Positions 28,584 to 37,503 of a stretch of DNA of 64,000 nucleotides are shown in pieces. Every line of letters starts with the position of its first letter. The first letter of the stretch is position 1. The stretch lies in contig CAXXNO010000004.1 in the NCBI GenBank assembly GCA_963663235.2, positions 416,001 to 480,000 of the forward strand, given 5' to 3'. Below the pieces are notes generated by a model. That model saw only the letters and a list, made by a program, of their open reading frames with translations. It was not told the DNA's origin and ran no database searches. A program made the position numbers and the translations under genes. The stretch comes from Dehalococcoidia bacterium (lineage in GTDB: Bacteria > Chloroflexota > Dehalococcoidia > Bin125).

Positions 28584-29815
28584 ATGCGTGACAAAATGGA
28601 CGCTACCCGCAGCGTGATGATCATCGACGAAGACCCCTCCTTCCGGGCGGAGTTGGCGGCGATGGTGAAGCCGGCGAACTGGGAGGCCGTGGCCGCCTCC
28701 GGCTACGGCGTGGAGGCGGCTTCGCTGGCGGAGGAGAAGCGGCCGCAACTGGTCCTGACGGCCGTGCAGGCGCCGGAGTCGCGGGCCATCCGGACCATCC
28801 GTTCGATCCGCGCGGTGCTGCCGGACACACCGGTGATCGCGTACTCGGAGATCACCGAGATGGCTGTGGTCCGACAGTTGCTGCAGGCCGGCGTGCGCGA
28901 CTTCTTGCCGCTCCCGCTGCACGACGACGACCTGCTGGACGCCATGACCGCGCCATGGCCGAGGTGAGCAACACCGCGGACGTGCCGGCCCGCGAGGGCG
29001 CCGCCGCGGGCGTGGTCCTGACGGTGTTCGGCGCCAAGGGCGGGATCGGCAAGTCCACCATCGCCACGAACCTGGCCACCGCGATCACCGGGCGGACGGA
29101 CCACTCGGTGCTGATCATCGACCTGGACACGCGCTTTGGCGACATCGCCATCATGATGGATATAGATGCGCCGGTGACGCTGGCGGATCTGGCCAGCAAC
29201 ATCGATACCCTGGACCGGCAGACGTTCCGCAACGCGCTGACGGAGCACGAGTCGGGCGTCTACGTGCTCTCGGCGCCGAAGCATCCGCGAGAGTGGCGAT
29301 CGATGAGCCCCGACCAGTTGCGACTGGTCGTGCAGATGGCGGCGCGGCTCTTCGATTACGTCATTCTCGATACGCCCGGCGCGCTCAACGATGTCGTTTC
29401 CATGGCCGTCGAGGAGGCCACACAGTTGATCCTGGTGACGAGCCTCGACATGTCCAGCATTAAGGACTCGGCGTACGTCCTTGATCTGTTGCAAAGCGAA
29501 GGCTATCCGGATCGGCGGCTGCTGCTGGTGGTCAACAACGTCAACCAGAATCACACGTTGTCCGCCGAAGACGTGGAACGGGTTCTGCTGCGCAATGTCG
29601 ACTGGCAGATCCCCTATGACGCGCGGGTGGTGCGCACGAGCCAGATCGGGTTGCCGGTGGTGGTCGCCAAGCCCAAGTCTCCGTCCTCGCGCTCGTTGGT
29701 GGCCTTGGCGGGTCATCTGACAGGCAACGTGTCGATGATCGAGGAGGCCCGCAAGACCGGATTCTTGCGCTGGCTGCCGCGGCGCTTGGGCTTCGGCGGC
29801 GCCGCCGCGGAATAA
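28584..29815 (+). CDS. cpaE: CpaE/TadZ (pseudo-receiver + MinD-like ATPase); split by a -1 frameshift at ~28948
   Basis: Receiver-like N-half without the phospho-Asp (LVLTAV); GAKGGIGKST deviant Walker A; IDLD and ILDTP. One extra C in 'accgcg' fuses the two ORFs. Confidence 0.8.
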
Positions 29816-29855
29816 GCGGCGCGCGATACAGCGATGGGAGTGACCACAGAGCGCT

Positions 29856-31247
29856 ATGGCGTTAAAAGCGGATTCTGACCAAGGCCGACTGTTCTCGTTC
29901 CGTCCCGCCACGAGCGGCCGGAACATTCGCGCTGTGTCGCCCGCGGAGGCGGGGCCGACGGTGCTGGCGGCGGCCGGCCCCGATCTGGTGGAACTGGCCG
30001 CGGCGATCCACGAGGCGTTGCTCAAACGGATAGACGGCGAGAAGCTGCACGGCGCCCCCGAAGCGGAGGCGCGCATCCTTGTGCAGGAGGCGGCCACGAC
30101 CCTGATCGCCGCGAGTGGGAACTCCCTCTACGGGGATATGCGGGACCAAGTGGTGGCGATGGTCACCGACGAAGTCCTTGGCCTGGGCCCGCTCCAGCCG
30201 CTGCTGAATGACCCCAGCATTTCCGAGATCATGGTGAACGGCGCGCACCAAGTCTTCTGCGAGCGCGACGGTGTGATCCGACTCACCGATCGGCGCTTCC
30301 GCGACGAAGCGCATGTGCGCCGCATCGCAGACCGCATTCTGGCCCAGATCGGCCGGCGCGTGGATGAAGCCTCTCCCCTGGTGGACGCGCGGCTGACCGA
30401 CGGCTCGCGCGTGAACGTGACGATCCCGCCGGCGACTCCCGGCTGCGTCACCATGACCATCCGGAAGTTCCGTGGTGACCGGCAGGGGATGGATGATCTG
30501 CTGCACGCCGGCGCATTTGACCGACGCATGCAGTATTTCCTCAACATCTGCGTCGAGAACAAGAAGAACATGCTGGTCGCCGGTGGCACGGGCAGCGGCA
30601 AGACGACGCTGCTGAACGCGCTCTCGGCATCCATTCCGAGCTCGGAGCGCATTGTGACCATTGAGGATCCGGTGGAGCTGTCGCTCCAGCAGTCGCACGT
30701 GATCGCCATGGAGGCGCGCCCGCCGGACCTGCGCGGGATGCACGCCATCACTCAGGGCGATCTGTTGCGGAACGCGTTGCGCATGCGGCCCGACCGGATC
30801 ATTGTGGGCGAGATCCGCGGCGCGGAGGCGTTCGACATGCTGCAGGCGATGAACACCGGCCATGACGGGTCGCTCAGCACGGTCCACGCCAACTCGCCCA
30901 GTGACGCACTGGCGCGGGTGGCGAACATGGTCTTGATGGCGGGCTTGGACCTGCCGGTCAGCGCCATCCGCGAGCAGCTCGCCTCGGCGGTGCATCTCAT
31001 TGTGCAACTTCAGCGCTTTCCCGATGGCGCGCGCCGCGTGGTGAAGATCGCCGAGATCACCGGCCTGGAGGGCCAGAGCGTCAGTTTGCAAGAGATCTTC
31101 ACCTTCCAGGCCGAAGGCCGAGGCGACGACAATCGGATCCGAGGCAGCTTCCACGCCACGGGGCTGCGGCCCACGTTCTCCGAGGCGCTCCTGGCCCGCG
31201 GCTGCGAGCTGCCGCCGGCGCTCTTCCTGGACGGCGTGGACGCATGA
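29856..31247 (+). CDS. cpaF: CpaF/TadA pilus assembly ATPase
   Basis: [45 protein letters not shown] and HAN. Confidence 0.95.
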   Translation: MALKADSDQGRLFSFRPATSGRNIRAVSPAEAGPTVLAAAGPDLVELAAAIHEALLKRIDGEKLHGAPEAEARILVQEAATTLIAASGNSLYGDMRDQVVAMVTDEVLGLGPLQPLLNDPSISEIMVNGAHQVFCERDGVIRLTDRRFRDEAHVRRIADRILAQIGRRVDEASPLVDARLTDGSRVNVTIPPATPGCVTMTIRKFRGDRQGMDDLLHAGAFDRRMQYFLNICVENKKNMLVAGGTGSGKTTLLNALSASIPSSERIVTIEDPVELSLQQSHVIAMEARPPDLRGMHAITQGDLLRNALRMRPDRIIVGEIRGAEAFDMLQAMNTGHDGSLSTVHANSPSDALARVANMVLMAGLDLPVSAIREQLASAVHLIVQLQRFPDGARRVVKIAEITGLEGQSVSLQEIFTFQAEGRGDDNRIRGSFHATGLRPTFSEALLARGCELPPALFLDGVDA

Positions 31248-32227
31248 CGATCGAACTGGCCGCGGCGCTGGCTGCCGCGCTGGCCGTCTTCATGGCGGCG
31301 CGGGCACTTTGGGGCGGGCGCTCGCCGGCGCAACGCCGGATGACGGCCTGGTCCGGGGCGATCCAGCGCCACCGCGATATGGGGGAGGAAGCGCCGGAGA
31401 CCTCCGATGGGCAGACGACGATCCTGCGCGACGAGGCGGGAAGCGAGGGCGGTTCACGGCACGGGATGCTGCCGGGCTTCCACTGGCGGGCTCGCCGGGC
31501 CGCCAGGCTGGACCAGGCGGACCTCTCCCTGCGAGTCGGCGAGTACGCGGTGGTCTTGCTCGTGGTAGGCGCGCTGCTCACGGCGCTCGGCACAGTTGTG
31601 AGCGGATCCATTGTTGTGGGGCTGGGCGCCGGAGTGGTCGGCGTGGTCATGGGTGAGTGGCTGCTGGCCCGCCGCGCGAAGCAACGCCAGGCCCGCTTTC
31701 ACCAACAACTGCCGTCGGCGCTGCAGATGATGGCGACAGCGATGGAGGCCGGGTTCAGCATCCTGGACGCCGTGCGTCTGGTGAGCCAGGAGATGGGGGC
31801 GCCGTTGGGCTCCGAATTCACGCGCATCTTGGACGAGACGCGGAGCGGCGGATCGTTTGAGGAGAGCCTTCAGCGTTTGGTGACCCGTATCGGGAGCCGG
31901 GACCTCTACATCGTGGCGCGTGCGCTCCAGAGCCACCGCAAGGTCGGGGGCAACCTGGCGGAGATCTTCCACCAGGTTGGCGGCACCATGCGGGAGCGGG
32001 AAGAGCTGCGCGGGCACATCAACTCGCTCACCGCGGAGCAGCGCATGAGCGCCGTGATCGTGGCTGCGCTGCCCGTGGTGGTGGTGGGGTTGTTCCTGGT
32101 GACGGATCCGGATTTCGTCTCGCCGCTGTGGACGACGAAGGTTGGGCTGTTCATCCTCGGCGCCGCCGGCGGGATGGAGGCGATCGCCTTCTTGTTCATG
32201 CGGCGCATCGCCTCCATCAACGTGTAA
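31244..32227 (+). CDS. tadB: TadB platform protein
   Basis: F..QLP.AL, PLGSEF, GGNLAE and LTAEQRMSA; overlaps the cpaF stop. Confidence 0.9.
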   Translation: MTIELAAALAAALAVFMAARALWGGRSPAQRRMTAWSGAIQRHRDMGEEAPETSDGQTTILRDEAGSEGGSRHGMLPGFHWRARRAARLDQADLSLRVGEYAVVLLVVGALLTALGTVVSGSIVVGLGAGVVGVVMGEWLLARRAKQRQARFHQQLPSALQMMATAMEAGFSILDAVRLVSQEMGAPLGSEFTRILDETRSGGSFEESLQRLVTRIGSRDLYIVARALQSHRKVGGNLAEIFHQVGGTMREREELRGHINSLTAEQRMSAVIVAALPVVVVGLFLVTDPDFVSPLWTTKVGLFILGAAGGMEAIAFLFMRRIASINV

Positions 32228-32230
32228 CCC

Positions 32231-33126
32231 ATGGTACTCATTGCTGCTCTGGTGTCTGCGCTCGCCGTCTCCGTGGCGGTATACGTGCTCACCAATCGGG
32301 ACAGGGATGGCTACCTCGATGCGCGGCTCGCCCGCCTGCACCGGAAGACGCTCTCGTATCGCGAGGCCAAGCTGGCTACGCCCTTCTTCCAGCGGGTGGC
32401 GCTGCCGATCGGGACGTGGGTGCGCGCATGGTTCGTGAAGATGCTGCCGACCACCATGGCCAGTGGCACCGAGGATCGGCTGGTGGTCGCGGGTGAGCCG
32501 ATGTCGGCGCGGGCCTACCTCACCTGGCAGGCGATGATGGCGGTGGCGGCGCTCTCCGTGCTGGTCATGGGCCTCACCGCCGGCGCCGAGGGGCTGACGA
32601 AGATCGGCGTGTTTTGGTGGTCATCATGATCCTGGCCACGCCGTACTTGTGGCTGCGCTCCAAGGTGGCGGCCCGGCAGCAGGCCGTGATCAGGGCGCTG
32701 CCGGATGCGGTGGACCTCATTGTCACGATGGTCGAAGCGGGCCAGAGCATCGAGGCGGCCATCGCGGACGTCGCGGCCGAAAGCGACGGGCCTCTGGCGG
32801 ACGAGTTGCAGGTGGCGATGCGCGAGATCACGCTCGGGCGCAGCCGCCGCGATGCGTTGCTGCGGTTGATTGAGCGCGTGCCGGTACCGGAGCTCACGGC
32901 CTTCGTGCAGGCGGTGCTGCAGGCGCAGACCAGCGGGGTTCCGTTGGGGGACGTGCTTCGCACGCAGGCGGTCGAGATCCGCCGCAAGAAGCGTCAGCGT
33001 GCCGAGGCCGAGGCGGGCCGGGCGCCGGTCAAGATGGTCCTGGTCATGGTCTTCCTGATCATGCCGAGCATGGTGCTGGTCATGTTGGGCCCCACGGCCC
33101 TGCGGATGATGGCCATCACCGAGTAG
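32231..33126 (+). CDS. tadC: TadC platform protein; split by a -1 frameshift at T4 32612-32615
   Basis: LPDAVDL...EAG, G.SRRDAL and R.KKRQRAE..A.RAPVKM. One extra T joins the two ORFs. Confidence 0.85.
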
Positions 33127-33592
33127 GCGGCCGGACCGGGCCTACAGCTACAGCGCAAACCCACAGAGCGACGCCCCCGCAGCCGGCGCACAAGTAGGGG
33201 CCGTAGGCGATCTTCATACTTCGCGTCCAGCGTCCCGCCGTCAGCATGGCCGCAGACACGACGGCCGCCAGCAAGGACGCAACCAGCAGGCCGAGGAGGA
33301 CGGCGGGGAAGCCGAGCGTCAGGCCGATGAGCGCGGCGAGTTTGACGTCGCCGGCGCCCATGGCCTGGGGGCGCGCGAAGAACGCGACGGCGAAAATGCC
33401 GAACGCCAGAACGCCGCCCGCGACGGCGTCGACGTAGCCCCCGGCGGGCAGGATGGGGGCGGCGGCGAGCGCGGCCACGATGCCGGGGTAGATGAGCGCG
33501 TTGGGCAGGATGCGCCGACGGACGTCGATCGCCGCGAGAAGCGCCAAGAGGCTCAGCAGGACCGCCAGCGCCGCGATCTCGGGAGCGTCCAC
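33116..33592 (-). CDS. A24 prepilin peptidase (CpaA/TadV-like)
   Basis: AAID.RRRILPN and MGAGDVKL aspartates; IAYGPYL. Confidence 0.9.
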   Translation of the reverse strand: MDAPEIAALAVLLSLLALLAAIDVRRRILPNALIYPGIVAALAAAPILPAGGYVDAVAGGVLAFGIFAVAFFARPQAMGAGDVKLAALIGLTLGFPAVLLGLLVASLLAAVVSAAMLTAGRWTRSMKIAYGPYLCAGCGGVALWVCAVAVGPVRPPTR

Positions 33593-33675
33593 GCATCTCT
33601 CCTACGTCCGTTGGGCCGGGCCCAGACGGGCAGATCTATCGTAGGGCGATGCCGGACGTAGAGGGGTGGCGGCGC

Positions 33676-34398
33676 CTAACCGGCGTCGGTCTGGACCTCC
33701 GAACGCATGAGCTGGCGCAGCCGGTTGAGGGCGCGGTACTGCAGCGCCCGCACCGCCTCTTCACTCTTGCCGGTCATCGTCGCGATGCGCGCGTGCGGCA
33801 ACTCATGCACGAAGCGCATCACGAGAACGGCGCGCTGGTCCTCAGAGAGTTTCTGCATGGCGTCGCCAACCGCCTGGGCGTCCATTCGGCCTTCCAGGAC
33901 CGCCGTGGGGGAATTGAGGCGGTTCTCATCGGGCGGCTCGAATACGTCCGTGAGGGGCAGCGCGCGCTGACGCTTCAGTTCGTTCATGGCAAGGTTGCGG
34001 GCGATACGGAACATCCAGGCGTCGAAGCGATCCGGTCGGCGCAGGGTGGACAACTGCCGCCAGGCGACGAGGAAGGTCTCCGCCGCGGCGTCGTCGGCGC
34101 GGTCGGCGTCGCGCAAGATCGCCGTGAGGTAGCGGGTGACGATGCCGAGCCGCTGCCGGTAGAGCTGGGCGAACGCCTCGTGGTCTCCCGCCTGGGCGCG
34201 TTCGACGAGCTCCAGGGCGCTTGAGCCGGCGGCGCTCGCAGGAGCGACGGCGTCGCTTGCCGGAGCGGCGTCGGGCGCGCCGCCTTGAGGCTCAGGGAGC
34301 GTTTCGCCTGCGGCCGGGCTGGGGACGGCGATGTCGCCGCGTGAGCGCGGATGCTCTGCCGTCTGGTCCGGTCGCCTGCGGGTGATGAGTGAAACCAT
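33676..34398 (-). CDS. ECF sigma-70 factor (BldN/ShbA-like)
   Basis: LVERAQAGD.EAFAQLY, D...ETFLVAW, FDAWMFRIARN, LSEDQRAVLVMRF and AVRALQYRAL. Confidence 0.9.
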   Translation of the reverse strand: MVSLITRRRPDQTAEHPRSRGDIAVPSPAAGETLPEPQGGAPDAAPASDAVAPASAAGSSALELVERAQAGDHEAFAQLYRQRLGIVTRYLTAILRDADRADDAAAETFLVAWRQLSTLRRPDRFDAWMFRIARNLAMNELKRQRALPLTDVFEPPDENRLNSPTAVLEGRMDAQAVGDAMQKLSEDQRAVLVMRFVHELPHARIATMTGKSEEAVRALQYRALNRLRQLMRSEVQTDAG

Positions 34399-34683
34399 CG
34401 TGGACCTCACCGTCCCGCCACCGACGGCACTGTCGCAGCGCGCGCGATCGGGAACATCGGGCGTGAAGACCAATTCGGCGGTGCGAAACGGTGGACCTCT
34501 TGGAGGGGCGGCTGGCGGAGTGGTCTCCGACGCTGGTCGTAGGTCGGAGTCCGACCGGCGGCGGGCCCGCTCGTGGTGCTGGCGGGGGGCCGCGCCGCAG
34601 GAGGGTTCGCATCGAGGGCCCGGCGGGCGCTGCCCGCTCCATGCGTCCGGCGGGCCGTGCGCGGGACCGTGGACGGCTCCTGC

Positions 34684-34899
34684 TTAGGATCGCCGCCGAT
34701 CGGAGATGACGGCGGCTTGGGCCTCGGCGCTGGGGCCGCCGGCGAATCCGCAAGCAAGGCATGAGACTTCGCCGCGGACGTCCACCAGCAGGGTGCCGCA
34801 GTGGCAGCGCGGGCAAAAGGGCCTCCGCGCGGTGTAGACGCGGGCATCTATCTGTAGTGCGTGTGCGTCGGCGCTGAAATGACATGTGGAGTCGTTCAT
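34684..34899 (-). CDS. small Zn-ribbon protein (71 aa)
   Basis: Strong SD (GGAGGTGA) before ATG at 34899; CPRC...CLACG. Confidence 0.6.
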   Translation of the reverse strand: MNDSTCHFSADAHALQIDARVYTARRPFCPRCHCGTLLVDVRGEVSCLACGFAGGPSAEAQAAVISDRRRS

Positions 34900-34916
34900 A
34901 CGATCACCTCCACCGA

Positions 34917-34945
34917 ATAGACCCGCCGCGGGCGAAATTGTGATG
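34917..34945 (-). promoter_or_regulatory. candidate ECF promoter (CATCAC-N17-GTCTAT) upstream of the Zn-ribbon gene
   Basis: Shared motif and spacing; ends just upstream of the SD. Confidence 0.4.
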
Positions 34946-35185
34946 CGGAGGTTCTCGGTCACGCCCGGCTGAACCTCTTGGCTTCCGGTTGCCGCGCCGT
35001 CGTGACGGCGGGAACCGGCGCAGCTGAAGAGGCGGTCCGAGGCGCCGCTGCGACCTTCGGCGGGCCAGGAACCCGACGGCAGTTGGATGGCGACGGCTCC
35101 GCGGCGTGTCGACGCTGAGTGTGAGGGAGCGGCACATATCGGGCCGGCCCTCAGTTTCGTTTTTTGACTTCCCACGGCCCTGCGG

Positions 35186-35214
35186 CGTCACAAACAGGCT
35201 CCTTCACCGCCTAA
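35186..35214 (+). promoter_or_regulatory. candidate ECF promoter (CGTCAC-N17-GCCTAA) upstream of the anti-sigma-like gene
   Basis: CGTCACAAA is identical to the tasA site; same spacing. Confidence 0.4.
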
Positions 35215-35319
35215 CAGATGTGGCCGCAGAAGAGGGGCCATCCGATTCCGGGGTTTGCTGTCGGTCACTACGGCGCAATCCAGGAATGGATCCAGGGAGG
35301 CTGAGAGATTCGAAGCCCC

Positions 35320-36843
35320 ATGCCATGTAATGCAGACCTCGCGGCGCTCGACCGCCTGATCAGATCGCGAGTCGAGGGTCGGACGATTGGAGCGGGGATG
35401 GCGGGCGCCACCATGGAGCCGCTGGCCGACACCGCAGCGGACCTGATGCTGTGGCGGGACCGGGCGCCGGCCGTCGATCAGGTGGGCCTCTGTGCCCGCC
35501 TCGATTTGGGCCTGCCCGCCATCCAGCAACATCAAGCGCTCTCGTGGTGGTTGCGGCTACGGCCCGCGACGATGCTCCTCGCCCGCGCCTCCGCGATCGC
35601 TGCGGCGACGCGGATCCGCTTCGCGGCGGTGCTTACGAGCATGACGGGGTGGCGTGGACCCGAGGATGAGGAGCCGTCGTTGAACCTCGCCGCCACGGTG
35701 CTGGTGCTCTCGGCGTTCTGGGAGCAGGCCCCCGCGATCGATCAGAGCGCCGTGCGCGCACGCGTCGACGGGCACCTGCCATGGCTCAACCAGGAGCAGC
35801 GGCCCCGCCGCATGCCCCGCTTCGCGCTTCCCGGCGGGTTCCTGCCCGTCCCGGCCCCGGCGCTCCGGTACGTGGCCGCGGCGGCGACGGTGGTTAACAT
35901 CGCGGTCGCCGGCTATCACATGACCACCATCGGCGCCACGGAGCAGAACACCGTATTGGCCGCGTCCGCTGTGAGCAGCGATGGCGCCGCTGACGAGGCT
36001 CTCTTCCTCACGTCGATTGAGACGCTCACCGAGGCGAGCGATGGCGTCCTGGCGGACGGCCGCCTGAGCGACCACGAGGCGCTGACGCTGAGCCGGCAGT
36101 GGCAAGAGCTGGCCCCCACGGAACAGTCGCTGGAGAGCCTGATCCAAGGGATGTCCCTCCAGGACCTGGACGGCGCGCTGGCTGAGATCACCGCCCTTCA
36201 GCAGCAGCTCGAGGTGCTGGACGACGGCACGAGCGAGGAGATTCGCCCGCTCCTGACGTCGTTGAGCGCGCTGGCTGCGGCCTTCCACGACGCGATCCAG
36301 GGTGAAGGCGCCGGCGCGGACGATTCCGGCGTCGGCGGCGATGGCCCGGTGGGACCCAACGGCGATGGCCGGCCCGATGCTCCGGCCAACGGCGCCCCGG
36401 CGCTCGGCGGCGAGGGCGCGCCCGGCCCGGAGGGTGACGGCCCGCGCGGCCCCGATGGCTACGGCCCGCCCGGCCCCGACGGCGACGGCCCGCCCGGCCC
36501 CGACGGCGACGGCCCGCCCGGCCCCGACGCTACCGGCCCGGCCGCCGAGGACGGCGCCAGCGACAACGACGGCAACCGCGGCGCGAACGTCGGCAGCGAT
36601 GACGACGACGGCGACGACCGCGATGACGACGACGGCGACGGCAATGGCAACGCCGGCGGCCACGGCAACGGCAACGCCGGCGGGAACGGCAACGACTCCG
36701 ACGGCGGCAACGGCAACACCGGTGGCGGCGACGACGGCAACGCCGGCGGGAACGGCAACGACTCCGACGGCGGCCACGGCAACGGCAACGCCGGCGGGAA
36801 CGGCGACGGCCACGGAAATGGGGGCGCGCACGATGACGCTTAG
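35320..36843 (+). CDS. putative membrane anti-sigma factor: two N-terminal repeats, TM, helical domain, Gly/Pro/Asp/Asn-rich tail
   Basis: Lies between two ECF genes; repeats ..WRDRAPAVD.. and ..FWEQAPAID..; TM YVAAAATVVNIAVAGY; low-complexity tail. Confidence 0.55.
   Translation: MPCNADLAALDRLIRSRVEGRTIGAGMAGATMEPLADTAADLMLWRDRAPAVDQVGLCARLDLGLPAIQQHQALSWWLRLRPATMLLARASAIAAATRIRFAAVLTSMTGWRGPEDEEPSLNLAATVLVLSAFWEQAPAIDQSAVRARVDGHLPWLNQEQRPRRMPRFALPGGFLPVPAPALRYVAAAATVVNIAVAGYHMTTIGATEQNTVLAASAVSSDGAADEALFLTSIETLTEASDGVLADGRLSDHEALTLSRQWQELAPTEQSLESLIQGMSLQDLDGALAEITALQQQLEVLDDGTSEEIRPLLTSLSALAAAFHDAIQGEGAGADDSGVGGDGPVGPNGDGRPDAPANGAPALGGEGAPGPEGDGPRGPDGYGPPGPDGDGPPGPDGDGPPGPDATGPAAEDGASDNDGNRGANVGSDDDDGDDRDDDDGDGNGNAGGHGNGNAGGNGNDSDGGNGNTGGGDDGNAGGNGNDSDGGHGNGNAGGNGDGHGNGGAHDDA
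36420..36830 (+). repeat. 24-bp GPDGDGPP repeats followed by GNGNAGG/GNGNDSDGG repeats
   Basis: Visible tandem units in DNA and protein. Confidence 0.8.
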
Positions 36844-37425
36844 CCCCCCCTGGCCGGGACGGCGGCGACAGGCCGCGTCACGGCTCCGGCCCAACAGGCC
36901 ACGGAGGCTCAGGACGAACTCGTCCAGCGCGCGCAGCAGGGCGATCGCGACGCTTACGGCGCCCTCTACAAGACGCGGGTGGACGGGCTCTCACGCTACG
37001 TCGGGGCCATTCTGCGCGACGTGGATCGCACGGAGGACGTGGTCGCCCAATCGTTCATGCTGGCCTGGCGGGACTTGCCGAAGCTCCGCGACCCGCGTCG
37101 GTTCGACGCCTGGCTCTTTCGCATCGCACACAACCAGGCCATGAATGAGTTCAAGCGCCCGTCCACCACAGGGCTGGAGCAGACGCTTGAGCCCCCCGAG
37201 CCGAACCCGGCGTACTCGCCGTCCGCGCGGATGGATGCCCAGGTGGACAGCGAGAAACTGCGCAACGCGTTGCTGGGCTTGGCCGAGGACCAGCGGGATG
37301 TCCTGGTGCTTCGCTTCCTGCGCGGCCTGCCGCACTCAGAGGTCGCGAAGCAGATGGGCCGCAGCGAACAGGCGGTGCGGGCGTTGCAGTACCGCGCCCT
37401 CCAGAGCCTGCGACACGGATTCTAA
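36833..37425 (+). CDS. second ECF sigma factor, paralogue of 33676-34398; probable -1 frameshift in C7 36844-36850
   Basis: ELVQRAQQGDRDAYGALY lies upstream of the ORF-track start; FDAWLFRIAHN and AVRALQYRAL. ATG 36833 comes into frame if C7 is C8. Confidence 0.85.
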
Positions 37426-37503
37426 AGACAGTGGATAGGCGCCGGAAGTCCGGCACGGCCCGCACGCAGACCGCCCCCGCGGCGGGTTGGAGGAGAACGA
37501 CCG

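Noticed and set aside
36841-36900. Anti-sigma::sigma readthrough fusion (the sigma is in frame after the TAG)
   Set aside because: It would place the sigma on the extracytoplasmic side. ATG 36833 plus one missing C explains it and fits the other homopolymer deletions.
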